The notes beneath the pieces are model-generated. The model was given only the letters and a program-made list of their open reading frames with translations. It was not told the DNA's origin and did no database searches. A stretch of 63,303 nucleotides of DNA, filler included, from Theionarchaea archaeon (GTDB lineage Archaea; Methanobacteriota_B; Thermococci; Methanofastidiosales; SZ-28-30), in assembly GCA_018992565.1 (NCBI GenBank). It is 6 parts of 6 records of this genome, joined end to end, with 100 filler letters (N's around TTAATTAATTAA, not from the genome) between each part and the next. Parts side by side here need not be neighbours in the genome. Positions count along the whole stretch, not along the records: positions 32,717 to 43,164 come from JACVGW010000087.1; positions 43,265 to 53,238 come from JACVGW010000088.1; 4 more parts are not named here. One strand, written 5' to 3'. Shown here piece after piece: positions 38,106 through 48,061 of the stretch. Numbering within the stretch: position 1 is the first letter of the stretch; every line of letters begins with the position of its first letter. The position numbers were made by a program, and so were the translations under genes.

Positions 38106-38247
38106 CCACTGACTCCTGAATTTCACTTTTCTCTGTCTTGGACAGAATCTAGCCAAATCAGTCTCTGGCAGAATATAAGACCATTGTAGTGAACAGAAAT
38201 TCCGTTTAACGTGGAGTCAGTAGAGAATTATGATACATATATATAAA
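38106..38247 (-). promoter_or_regulatory. TATA box and structured ~140-nt 5' leader of the CxxGxxP peptide gene
   Basis: TTTATATATAT at 38237-38247. 38108-38116 pairs with 38213-38221 (9 bp) and 38118-38124 with 38196-38202 (7 bp). Internal hairpins at 38132-38146 and 38152-38169. Confidence 0.55.
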
Positions 38248-38323
38248 TCTTTCCAGTTTGCTGATATGGGATACTACTGTGTGAGATAGCTTCCAGAAAG
38301 GTAAAAAGATAAGAGACAGCAGT

Positions 38324-39307
38324 CTATACTGCAGGCTTTCTGCTGCTCTTCCTGTAGTATGCTGATCTATTCAAAAGGTAGAGTCTTGCAGCCCAAGATA
38401 CCGGGCGCATCAACCATCTCCTGACCCCCACTACCTTTCTCACTTCCGTATAGTAGTCTTCAAGAGTGTGGTGCTGGTATTTCAACAATGCCTGGCTTCT
38501 GGTGGTATCCATGAATCCACAGTGGAATTTCCCCGTGCTGAAGGCTTCTTCAGGCAGGCATGTACTCCCCAGCCCGAATATATCCATCATACACCGTATA
38601 TACTCCCTATACGTTGTTCTGCATCTTTCTCCTCCTGCAATGTGATAGATTCCTCCCCAGATTTCGTCACATACCACAGCATTAGCCAGGGCAACTCCGA
38701 CATCTTTCGTGTGGCAGATTTCAATGGAGGTTTCCAGTGGCATGTGAAACATGAGCGGGTCCATTTCCAGCTTGTCTGGAGAAACAATGTAGGTCAATCT
38801 GAAGATAGCCCATTCAACATGTGACTGTGTAATGCGGTTCTCTGCTTCGATTTTAGTTTTCGCATAGTCATCATCATCGTTGGGGGCTACAGCATCTGTG
38901 ACTTGTATGAACGGGGTTTGTACCCGATCTCCATAAACGGCTATCGAGGACGTGTATATCAGCCTGGGTCTTTTCTCCCGGGATTCCATGGCAGCGAGAA
39001 TATTCTCTGTTCCACCCACATTCACGGCTCTTGCCAGCCCTGGGTTTCTGTCCGCGAGGGGTGGAATAATGGCTGCCACATGAATGACTACATCAATAGT
39101 CTCATCAATTGCTTCAAAAACTTTCTCTCTACTGCGTAAATCCCCCCAGAATATCTCCACCAGGGGATGATCCTCAAATGCCTGTGCACGGGTCCTGTTT
39201 TGACCCGTTTGAACATCAAAGACTCTAACAGAATATCCTCTAGCAACAAGCTCCTCAAGTGTACTCATTCCCACGTTGCCAAAGGCACCAGTTAATAACA
39301 CTTTCAT
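38324..39307 (-). CDS. NAD-dependent epimerase/dehydratase (extended SDR)
   Basis: VLLTGAFGNVG, YTSSIAVYG, YAKTK (YxxxK). Confidence 0.88.
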   Translation of the reverse strand: MKVLLTGAFGNVGMSTLEELVARGYSVRVFDVQTGQNRTRAQAFEDHPLVEIFWGDLRSREKVFEAIDETIDVVIHVAAIIPPLADRNPGLARAVNVGGTENILAAMESREKRPRLIYTSSIAVYGDRVQTPFIQVTDAVAPNDDDDYAKTKIEAENRITQSHVEWAIFRLTYIVSPDKLEMDPLMFHMPLETSIEICHTKDVGVALANAVVCDEIWGGIYHIAGGERCRTTYREYIRCMMDIFGLGSTCLPEEAFSTGKFHCGFMDTTRSQALLKYQHHTLEDYYTEVRKVVGVRRWLMRPVSWAARLYLLNRSAYYRKSSRKPAV

Positions 39308-39506
39308 CGACAAAACCTCACTGTGTATGTTCTCTCCTTGCATTCTCTACATACGTAGAATTTCTATGTACGTAGTATGTCTATACACTTATAAAGGTTT
39401 CGACAGTGATTGTGATGTGATAGCAGTCCTGTTGCAGCTACCCTCTGCACTTCCCGCACACTTTGAGGAGGAGAACCCCCAACATCAGCAATCTCATCTT
39501 CCGACA

Positions 39507-40382
39507 TCAACCCATTTTCATTAAGTACTCGGCAATTCCGTACCCTTTCTCTGTTCCACACGTGAATGCAGTCAAGTTTTCATTGAGTACAGATATTCCA
39601 GTTCCTCTATAAGGAATCTGTGCTGTATTGAGAACATCCCCAGTCAGGGTGAAGTCCCTTCCTTTAACGTCTCTGATACAGTATGTGACTCTCTTCTGCC
39701 TCCCCTTCTCAGTGATAGTCTCTGTTCTTACGTCCCGTACAGGAGTATTCTCTCCATTTTTCATGATGAATCCTGTGCTGATTTCTTCCCTCTTGAGAAG
39801 CATCTGAGCAATATTAATCCCAAATTCAGGGCTAAAGGGGGCAGTCGCATATATCCAGAGATCGGGAGCATTCCAGTCACGTTCCCCCCAGCTGTGGTCT
39901 CTCTCTCCCAGAGCCGAAATGTCATGCGAATGGGAATCCACCGTTATGTGCCCTGTCACCAGGCCCATCTGCTCGTAATGGTCCTCACACACCACTCTAC
40001 CGATCTCATGCTGTTGAGGGGTGACGCACTCTAGATAGCTGAACTCTGTATGGAGGGGTGAGTATCCCAGTTCCACAGAGACCTTTCTGATAGTTGACTT
40101 CTCACCTGCCATATTACCTGAAAACGTTAGAGTCCATTCTGGAAGATACCGTAGAGAGCCTACCTCTATTCTTTCTGGAACGGTTTCAACTTCTTCCCGG
40201 AAGATGACTTTCAGGATCTCATCCTTATAGAACAGGAACATATACCCGACTGCCTCCCTCTTGTTGGGTTTGAACCCTATCCGGGTGAATCCACCAACAC
40301 GGTTCCTGGGATCATAGAAGTTGAAATAGTAGCTCTCATTCCATTCAATTTCCGGGCCAGGTGGATGTTGAAGATGTTCCAT
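39507..40382 (-). CDS. Hypothetical beta-barrel protein (tocopherol cyclase/AttH-like)
   Basis: WNESYYFNFYD, HYEQMG, GERDHSWGERDW, GYGIAEY motifs. Confidence 0.6.
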   Translation of the reverse strand: MEHLQHPPGPEIEWNESYYFNFYDPRNRVGGFTRIGFKPNKREAVGYMFLFYKDEILKVIFREEVETVPERIEVGSLRYLPEWTLTFSGNMAGEKSTIRKVSVELGYSPLHTEFSYLECVTPQQHEIGRVVCEDHYEQMGLVTGHITVDSHSHDISALGERDHSWGERDWNAPDLWIYATAPFSPEFGINIAQMLLKREEISTGFIMKNGENTPVRDVRTETITEKGRQKRVTYCIRDVKGRDFTLTGDVLNTAQIPYRGTGISVLNENLTAFTCGTEKGYGIAEYLMKMG

Positions 40383-40383
40383 G

Positions 40384-42855
40384 CTACTTCACCCATACTT
40401 CTCCTGTGTTGCCATTCACAGTGACAGTATCCCCATCCTTGAGGTACTGCATGGCATTCTTTACACCTGTGACAGCAGGTATTCCATACTCCCTTGAAAC
40501 CACAGCCCCATGAGAGAGTATTCCCCCTGTCTCTGTGATGACTCCCTTGATCTTGATGAAGACAGGAGTCCACCCGGGGTCTGTACATGTTGCCACCAGA
40601 ATCTCATCCTTCTGGATAGTATGAAGCTCCTCAATGTTCTGTATGAGCCTCACAGTGCCTGTGACCACACCTGGACTTGATGCAACACCTGTGAGGGCTT
40701 TGTGATAGGACACATCCTCGTCAAATTCCAGGTTGCCCTGGAGGAACTTGGGGGGAAGTGTGTGCTGGTATTCGTGAAAATCTGCTTTTCTCCTGGCCAA
40801 AAGATCAGCAGGTAGCTCCCCTGTCTGCAGGGCTGTGAACACCTCCTCCTTGAACAGGAAGAACACATCATCTCTATCCTGTACCACGCCTTTCTGAACC
40901 AGCCTCTTTCCAATTTCCAGGAACACGGTCCTGAACCTGTAATCCTGGTGATCTAGAAAGAACCTCTGGTTCTCTCTGAACCCGATATATACCTGAGCGT
41001 ACTTCAATATCATCTTGAACACCTGCTTCTTAATCAGGCCAAATTGCAGGGTTTCAATTTCATTCAGGACACTCTCTGTGAGTTCTTCTCTCTGGGCTTT
41101 CTTCTCCGTTTCAATCTGCTGGACATCTCTCTCATTTTCTGCCAGCGAATCCACAATGTCGATAATGAGCTGAGGCTTTTCCCGCCAGGTGGGGAAGATA
41201 ATGTCTCTGGAATAGGAACGATGACCATACTGATTCAAAAATTTCTGGAGTTCAACATCGAAATCGACCTTTTTTCTGGGTCCCACCAGGTTGTATATGG
41301 CGATATTGGTCTCTGTGGCCTTATTGTGTGGGAGACCTGATACCAGAGTATTGTAGGTCTGGTCAGGATCGCCATGGTACCATGACATGAGTAATCGCTT
41401 CAGTATCATATTCATGCCCATATTGTGGGTGGCAATTCCCCACCGTACCAGGCGGTAGTGTTTCAAACACAGGTTGTAGAGATACCAGAATGTCTCTATG
41501 AGTTGCTCATCTGTCAGAGCTTCAAGGTTAATGCCATCATGCTCTATCAAGTCTTCAAGGTAGTTCTTGGAGAATTCATTGTACTTCGCATACGTGTTGA
41601 AGATGGTGCCATCCCAGTCTAAGAGAGCGATACGCAGCTCAGCCAGAATGCGCTTCCGCAGATTGAAGGGTAAATCTCTCATGGTCTGGCGTTCATGTTC
41701 TGGAAAGTAGTCCAGCAATTCTTTCACCCTGCTCCACCGTGGATTGTACTTGAACACTTCACGCAAGACGGTGGTATTGAAATACGCATGTGCTTTGTGG
41801 TACCGGAGCAAGGGGACACCTTCCAGCTCAGTGTAGCCCATGATCCTGTTGCCTTCCTGGTTAACATATACATCAAGAAATTCACCCAGTACTGAAAAGT
41901 ACAGAGGAGAGGTTACACCTGTCCAGTAGTCATCGCTGTATCCCCTGGTCCACACATCTTCTTTTCGGGTGGTGATAGGTCGTGCCTGGAAGATATGGAT
42001 CTCGCCCTCATAGATGCCAAATTCCACGTCCTGAGGTGCACCTAGCTGGGCCTCTATATCAAGACAGGTCCTGCAGAGTTCAGTGAGGACGACATCATCC
42101 AGACACAGACTGCGCTTACAGGGAACAGCCCGAATACCTGAGGGCGACAGCACTTTCTGGTAATTCTGGTCAGATAGCTCCCTGGAAGTGACTTTCAAGG
42201 TACGTGTGAGAACGTACCGATCTGGTGTTATCTCTCCTGCAACCAGTGACTCTCCCAGACCGTGCACTGCTTCTACCACAATCTCTTCACGTGACGTGAG
42301 AGGGTTCCAGGTGAATACCACACCTGAGACTTCACAGGGCACAGCTTCCTGAATAATCACTGCCATCTTGGGTGGGGTTTCGCCCACTCGTGAATGGCGG
42401 TATGCCAGGGCCCGTTCATTCCAGAGACTGGCCCAACACTGCTTGACTCCCTTTTCCAGGGTTTCTGGGTTGAAAAATGTCTCTTGCTGGCCCGCAAAGC
42501 TTGCGTGAGGGAGGTCTTCCAATGTAGCAGAGGACCTCACTATCACATTCTTGTAAGAGACAGTATTCAATACTCCCCTTATTTCTTCAGGCATTTCGCC
42601 CTCCATGATTAAATTCTTGATAGTGTCTGCTGTTTCTCTGAGATGTTCTGGACTCTCGTAGTCTGCAGTGGTGGCTATGGTGTTAAGGTGAGTACTGAGA
42701 CTATTATGTCTGCAGAAGAGGTCGTATGCCTCTGTGGTCAGGCATATACCATCAGGAACATGCATATTGTGGAGTTTCATCAGATTGAAAGCTTTTCCTC
42801 CCACCAGGGTGATTTCTGGAGCTGGTTCTCCAAGAGATACCATAATCATAGACAT
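40384..42855 (-). CDS. PEP-utilizing dikinase-family phosphotransferase (rifampin phosphotransferase-like architecture)
   Basis: VGGKA, VRSSATLED...SFAGQ and FQARPIT ATP-grasp domain, long central domain, C-terminal swivel domain TDPGWTP...GGILSHGAVVSREYGIP. Confidence 0.85.
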   Translation of the reverse strand: MSMIMVSLGEPAPEITLVGGKAFNLMKLHNMHVPDGICLTTEAYDLFCRHNSLSTHLNTIATTADYESPEHLRETADTIKNLIMEGEMPEEIRGVLNTVSYKNVIVRSSATLEDLPHASFAGQQETFFNPETLEKGVKQCWASLWNERALAYRHSRVGETPPKMAVIIQEAVPCEVSGVVFTWNPLTSREEIVVEAVHGLGESLVAGEITPDRYVLTRTLKVTSRELSDQNYQKVLSPSGIRAVPCKRSLCLDDVVLTELCRTCLDIEAQLGAPQDVEFGIYEGEIHIFQARPITTRKEDVWTRGYSDDYWTGVTSPLYFSVLGEFLDVYVNQEGNRIMGYTELEGVPLLRYHKAHAYFNTTVLREVFKYNPRWSRVKELLDYFPEHERQTMRDLPFNLRKRILAELRIALLDWDGTIFNTYAKYNEFSKNYLEDLIEHDGINLEALTDEQLIETFWYLYNLCLKHYRLVRWGIATHNMGMNMILKRLLMSWYHGDPDQTYNTLVSGLPHNKATETNIAIYNLVGPRKKVDFDVELQKFLNQYGHRSYSRDIIFPTWREKPQLIIDIVDSLAENERDVQQIETEKKAQREELTESVLNEIETLQFGLIKKQVFKMILKYAQVYIGFRENQRFFLDHQDYRFRTVFLEIGKRLVQKGVVQDRDDVFFLFKEEVFTALQTGELPADLLARRKADFHEYQHTLPPKFLQGNLEFDEDVSYHKALTGVASSPGVVTGTVRLIQNIEELHTIQKDEILVATCTDPGWTPVFIKIKGVITETGGILSHGAVVSREYGIPAVTGVKNAMQYLKDGDTVTVNGNTGEVWVK

Positions 42856-43012
42856 CCTTGCTGCAGGGGATTTATAAGGTTTATCGGAAGAATAGAGGGC
42901 TCAAACCAGATTGCATATAGAACACTGCTCAAGATAGGAAGAATAATGGTACTCATGGTCTCCCGGGACTTTTTTCCATGGATTCTTCACATGATCGGGA
43001 GAAGACCTGCTC

Positions 43013-43164
43013 TTATCCACCATTTTGCGGGGAGGTGTCTGTTCTCGCTTCTCTCAGGAGCGCTGAGGCTTTCTCCTGGAGTGCTCTGCACTTTTCTTCT
43101 GAAGCCCCTCTCGCGCAACAGAGATGTCCAAACAGGAGGAGACTCTTTCCGAGCTCGTACCTGT
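43013..43164 (-). CDS. C-terminal fragment of a probable TPR-like protein (5' truncated)
   Basis: Manual translation RYELGKSLLLFGHLCCARGASEEKCRALQEKASALLREA...GG*, an amphipathic helix pair. Confidence 0.35.
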
Positions 43165-43264
43165 NNNNNNNNNNNNNNNNNNNNNNNNNNNNNNNNNNNN
43201 NNNNNNNNTTAATTAATTAANNNNNNNNNNNNNNNNNNNNNNNNNNNNNNNNNNNNNNNNNNNN

Positions 43265-43535
43265 AAAGAGCGATGTCATCGTCAATGCTACTCCCATAGG
43301 GATGGTTCCTCATGTGGAAGAGACTCCTGTACCAAAACGGTTATTGAAAAGCCAGCATATTGTTTTCGATACAGTCTACAATCCCCCCATAACTCGATTG
43401 CTCAGGGATGCTGACTCAAAAGGGGCCACCATATTGTCGGGCATGGAGATGTTCCTTCACCAGGCCTTGAAGAGTTTCCAGATGTGGACAGGGATTCTTC
43501 CTGATTGCGATGATTCACGGAGGGTGGTATGGTGA
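43265..43535 (+). CDS. aroE: Shikimate dehydrogenase, C-terminal part (5' truncated)
   Basis: DVIVNATPIGM, VFDTVYNP..TRLL, GMEMFLHQALKSFQMWTG. Confidence 0.92.
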
Positions 43536-44386
43536 GAGGATATGGGAAAAGCTATGGTGCGATCAGCATCATTACAGCCTTTGCCTCGGGAAAAGGGTGT
43601 GCGCTGGGTATTGATTTGCCTGTAGAGGTAGCAATTGAATTCAAGAGAGGATTATGTGAAAAGAACACGTTTCTTGATCAGTGCATAGCAGAAGTTTTCA
43701 CCCACCTCTCTATGGAGATGGACTATATCCCTCATCTCTCCATTCAATCTGATATACCTGCTTCGAGAGGATTGAAATCCAGCAGTGCAGTAGCAAATGC
43801 AGTTATCTGTGCTACCCTTGATGCTCTGAATGAATCCTTACCTCCTGAGGACATCCTACAGATAAATGCACACATTTCAAAGCGTGTGGGAATCAGTGTC
43901 ACCGGTTCTCTGGACGATGCAGCAGCCAGTTTATGGGGGGGTGTGGTTTTCACCGATAACTGGCACAACAAGATATTGAAGAGGGAACACTTCTCTGAAA
44001 AGGTGCAGGCGGTGTTGTATGTACCGGAAGAGACACGCTCCTCTCTTGATGTGCACCCATTGATGGATCAAATCAACCTATATTCATTTATTATGGATTC
44101 TATATTTTCTATGGCCTATGAGGGTCATATCTATGAAGCTATGACCCTCAATGGATTGGTGTATGCTTCATTGTTTGGTTACGCTTCAAATAAGATTACA
44201 GACGCCATCATTGCAGGAGCTAAAGGAGCTTCCCTATCAGGAAAAGGATCAGCAGTAGCTGCCCTGGTTCCCACCCCTCAAGTGGAAGATGTAGTGGTAG
44301 CATGGGGTATAGATAATGTCAGAGTGGTGGAGGTCAGGAGGGGGGAGGTAGGAGATAGAACCCCACAGTCTGGAGAGATCATATGA
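43529..44386 (+). CDS. aroK: Archaeal shikimate kinase (GHMP family)
   Basis: GAISIITAFASGKG, IPASRGLKSSSA, SVTGSLDDA, SLSGKG. Confidence 0.92.
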   Translation: MVRGYGKSYGAISIITAFASGKGCALGIDLPVEVAIEFKRGLCEKNTFLDQCIAEVFTHLSMEMDYIPHLSIQSDIPASRGLKSSSAVANAVICATLDALNESLPPEDILQINAHISKRVGISVTGSLDDAAASLWGGVVFTDNWHNKILKREHFSEKVQAVLYVPEETRSSLDVHPLMDQINLYSFIMDSIFSMAYEGHIYEAMTLNGLVYASLFGYASNKITDAIIAGAKGASLSGKGSAVAALVPTPQVEDVVVAWGIDNVRVVEVRRGEVGDRTPQSGEII

Positions 44387-45627
44387 ATATGACAATACAT
44401 CATGGTATTTCAGGAGGAACAGTCTATGCACCTCCTTCTAAGAGCTATACCCACAGGGCAATTCTCATGAGTGCGCTGGCAGAGGGAACATCGTTGTTAA
44501 TCAACCCCTTACACAGTCAGGATACACAGAGGACGTTCTCAGCAGTTCAGGCATTGGGAGCGTATGTTTCAGGAAATACCATTACAGGCAATCTGTTGAA
44601 AGCAAATGGAGAAATAATCGATTGTGGTGGTTCAGGAACAACATTGAGACTTCTCATGGGAGTAACATCTCTCCTAGATGGAAAAACATGTTTCACCGGA
44701 AATCAATCGTTACGTAGAAGACCAATGGAACCGTTACTGACTGCCCTGAAATCACTGGGAGCCCACATTCTGTCCACTCATGGGACACTTCCTATAGTAA
44801 CTTGCGGTGGATTGACTGGAGGAGCAGTAACAGTGAATTGTGAGAAGAGCTCCCAATTTCTCTCCTCTCTTCTCCTCAGTCTTCCTCTGGCCGCTGAAGA
44901 TTCAGTCGTCACAGCCGAATCTCTCAGATCACGTCCGTATGTTGATATTACCCTTGAAATGCTTGCAGAATTTGGAATTAGAATTGAGAAGGAAGCGAAT
45001 ATCTACTATGTTCCGGGAAATCAGTCCTATCGATCGCAATCAATCTGTATCAGTGGAGATTTTTCTTCAGCAGCGTATTTCATGACTGCTGGAGCTATCA
45101 CGGGCGCACCTGTGAGAATAGAAAATATTGACTTGAATTCAGCACAGGGGGATACCTATATTCTGGAGGTCATGAAAAAAATGGGTGCAGACGTCACTAG
45201 TATTCCATCTCAACGTGCAGTGGTTGTTGCAGGGGGAGAATTGAGGGGAATTCCTATCGATTGCTCTGATATTCCTGATCTCTTTCCTGTGCTCTGTGTT
45301 CTGGGTATGTGTGCAGAAGGAACAACCACTCTGTATAATGCTCCTCATCTCCATTACAAGGAATCTGATCGGATTGCTAACATGGCCCTTGAGTTGACTG
45401 CCCTAGGTATTACAACCCAGGTACTGGAGGATGGTCTCATAATTCAGGGAGGAATTCCCAAGAAATGGGTCACAGTACATTCTCACCGTGATCATCGTGT
45501 TTGCATGGCGTTGAGTATTGCAGCCCTGGTTTCTGACGGAATTACTATTACGGATACAGCGTGTATTTCGGAGTCCTATCCTGCATTTTTTGACGATATA
45601 AAAGCAATAGGAGGTCACGTAGAATGA
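44383..45627 (+). CDS. aroA: 3-phosphoshikimate 1-carboxyvinyltransferase (EPSP synthase)
   Basis: PPSKSYTHRA, SGTTLR, SSQFLS, KESDRI, DHRVCM. Confidence 0.95.
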   Translation: MNMTIHHGISGGTVYAPPSKSYTHRAILMSALAEGTSLLINPLHSQDTQRTFSAVQALGAYVSGNTITGNLLKANGEIIDCGGSGTTLRLLMGVTSLLDGKTCFTGNQSLRRRPMEPLLTALKSLGAHILSTHGTLPIVTCGGLTGGAVTVNCEKSSQFLSSLLLSLPLAAEDSVVTAESLRSRPYVDITLEMLAEFGIRIEKEANIYYVPGNQSYRSQSICISGDFSSAAYFMTAGAITGAPVRIENIDLNSAQGDTYILEVMKKMGADVTSIPSQRAVVVAGGELRGIPIDCSDIPDLFPVLCVLGMCAEGTTTLYNAPHLHYKESDRIANMALELTALGITTQVLEDGLIIQGGIPKKWVTVHSHRDHRVCMALSIAALVSDGITITDTACISESYPAFFDDIKAIGGHVE

Positions 45628-46823
45628 TAGTGGTCAAATTTGGTGGAACTAGTGTTGGAACCACCGAGAAAATAAATCATTGTGCACAAATGATAAAGTC
45701 CCAAGTTGATAAGGGAGAAAAAGTCGTGGTAGTAGTCTCTGCTATGGCGGGAGACACAGATCGCCTTTCACGAATGGCAGAAGAACTCAAGGTTTCACAG
45801 GATTCTGCCGATGAAATTATGTCCATGGGAGAGAGGATATCCATGAGGTTGATGTGTGCAGCATTAAACTCCCTGGATGTTTCCTCCCAGTTCATCGATC
45901 CCATTCAAGAAGAGTGGCCTGTGCTCACTGATGCAAACCACGGCATAGCAGATGTCATCTTGAAGGAGACCACACGAAGGGTCCGCGATGTGATTGAACC
46001 TCTCCTGCAGAAAGGGATAATCCCCGTGCTGGGTGGATTTATCGGGAAAAGTCAGGAAGGAAAGGTTACCACATTAGGGAGAGGAGGATCAGATATCACC
46101 GGAGTACTCCTGGGTCACTGTCTGGACGCAGATGTGTATATTGTAACAGACGTGAAAGGTGTCTATTCAGCAGATCCTACCACTATAGAAAATGCACAGC
46201 TTATACCGTGTATCAGGATTGAAGAATTATGGGATTTAGGAATCCACGGAGCAAAGGTAATGCACCCACGGTCTCTCATCTACAAGACAGAAAATATGAC
46301 ACTGAAAATCCTTTCTAATGAGGGGTTGCTAGAAACCCCTGGAACTGAGATTGTTGGGTTCCTCGATTCAGATATACAGGTCTGCTGTGATGAAAAAGAA
46401 AAATCGATGGTATCTGTTGTGGGAGAAACCATGTCCTCCGCACCGGGGTTATTGAGACAGTTTTCTGAAGCACTGGAGGCAATCAACGTCTATTCTATTT
46501 CAGCTTCCACGTTTTCCATTACCTTCATAGTGGACACTGACCAAGAAGTGAGTGCAGTTCAGGCCCTTCATGAGGTGATCTGTGACCATCCTTTGCTACG
46601 AGCTGTCACTTCAAAGAATGGTGTTGCTCTCATTACTATTATCGGACGGAAATTCCCTCAGGAAAAGGGAGTAATCAGGAAAATCGGAGAAGCACTGGAA
46701 AATGAAACTGTAACCATTATCAACATTACCACGAGTTCCTGTGAAGTCAATGTTTTTGTGGACTGGAACGATCGGAAAAGAGCTTTGATGTGTCTGGATC
46801 GAAAATTGAAGGTGGAATCATGA
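45624..46823 (+). CDS. lysC: Aspartate kinase
   Basis: VKFGGTSV, VVSAM, TTLGRGGSD, TDVKGVYSADP, two ACT domains. Confidence 0.92.
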   Translation: MIVVKFGGTSVGTTEKINHCAQMIKSQVDKGEKVVVVVSAMAGDTDRLSRMAEELKVSQDSADEIMSMGERISMRLMCAALNSLDVSSQFIDPIQEEWPVLTDANHGIADVILKETTRRVRDVIEPLLQKGIIPVLGGFIGKSQEGKVTTLGRGGSDITGVLLGHCLDADVYIVTDVKGVYSADPTTIENAQLIPCIRIEELWDLGIHGAKVMHPRSLIYKTENMTLKILSNEGLLETPGTEIVGFLDSDIQVCCDEKEKSMVSVVGETMSSAPGLLRQFSEALEAINVYSISASTFSITFIVDTDQEVSAVQALHEVICDHPLLRAVTSKNGVALITIIGRKFPQEKGVIRKIGEALENETVTIINITTSSCEVNVFVDWNDRKRALMCLDRKLKVES

Positions 46824-47797
46824 ATACCCTGGGGAGAGTATTTCGGGTGACTAGTTTCGGAGAAAGTCATGGACTTGGCATTGGATGTGTCGTCGATGGA
46901 TGTCCTCCTGGTATATCGGTGCATCTTCCTGATCTCCAGAAGGAGATTAATAGACGGATGGCCACATCAGTTCAACACACTCCCAGACAGGAGGCTGACA
47001 GAGTGGAAGTGTTGTCGGGAGTCTTTGAAGGAAAGACCACTGGTGCTCCCATTGTCTGTTTCATAGAAAACAGGGATGTAGACTCCTCTTCTTATGATGA
47101 ATTCAGATATACTCCACGTCCCTCTCATGCAGATTATCCTCGATATGTGAAGTATCAGGGGTATGCTGATCATCGTGGCGGGGGACGGTTTTCAGGGAGA
47201 ATCACAGCAGGATTTGTGGCTGCTGGGTACTTTGCCAGAATGATCATCAAAAACAGACAGGATATACAGATATCCAGTTCCATTGTGGAGATAGGGGGTT
47301 CACCCCCTGAACAGATGGATTGTACGTCACTTCATGGAGATTCTATTGGAGGAATAATCGAGTGTAGAACACACAATCTCCCTGTAGGGCTGGGTGAGCC
47401 TGTCTTTGACACAGTTGAAGGAGAACTGGCAAAAGCCCTTTTTGCCATTCCTGGTATCAAGGGGATTGAATTTGGAGCAGGATTCGCACTGGCCAGGATG
47501 AAAGGTTCCCAAGCGAATGATCAATTCTGTAAGCAAGGGGAAAAGGTTGCAACGGTAACCAACCACTCAGGAGGAATTCTCGGAGGAATGACCTCTGGTA
47601 TGGAACTCATTTTCAGGGTGGCTTTGAAACCCACACCCTCTATTTCACTTCCCCAGGGAAGCGTGGATTTGAGAACGGGAGAAGAGAAGTCTATCACTAT
47701 CCAGGGGAGACATGATCCCTGTATTGTCTTCAGGGCATTGCCGGTGGTGGAAGCTGTCACCGCCATTGTGCTGGCAGATTTGAGACTTCGTATGTAA
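46820..47797 (+). CDS. aroC: Chorismate synthase
   Basis: FGESHG, RPSHAD, GGGRFSGR, NHSGGILGG, GRHDPC. Confidence 0.96.
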   Translation: MNTLGRVFRVTSFGESHGLGIGCVVDGCPPGISVHLPDLQKEINRRMATSVQHTPRQEADRVEVLSGVFEGKTTGAPIVCFIENRDVDSSSYDEFRYTPRPSHADYPRYVKYQGYADHRGGGRFSGRITAGFVAAGYFARMIIKNRQDIQISSSIVEIGGSPPEQMDCTSLHGDSIGGIIECRTHNLPVGLGEPVFDTVEGELAKALFAIPGIKGIEFGAGFALARMKGSQANDQFCKQGEKVATVTNHSGGILGGMTSGMELIFRVALKPTPSISLPQGSVDLRTGEEKSITIQGRHDPCIVFRALPVVEAVTAIVLADLRLRM

Positions 47798-47809
47798 GGA
47801 GTGATCTCA

Positions 47810-48061
47810 ATGACATTAAAAGAACTGAGAGAAAAAATAGATGAAATAGATAGACAGCTCTTACTGCTGCTTGAACAGAGAATGGTGGTTGTGGATGATG
47901 TCAGAAGAATAAAACACGAGCAGGGACTTCCCATAGAGGACCCGGAGAGGGAAAAGAAGGTGAAAAATAAAAAAAGCTCGGTGCTGTCCCCATCAGATAT
48001 TGAACAGATATTCGATGTCATCATGTCCATCGCCAAGCATCGGCAGCAGGAGGGACTGTAA
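47810..48061 (+). CDS. Chorismate mutase (AroQ)
   Basis: LKELREKIDEIDRQLLLLLEQR...IEDPERE. Confidence 0.9.
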   Translation: MTLKELREKIDEIDRQLLLLLEQRMVVVDDVRRIKHEQGLPIEDPEREKKVKNKKSSVLSPSDIEQIFDVIMSIAKHRQQEGL

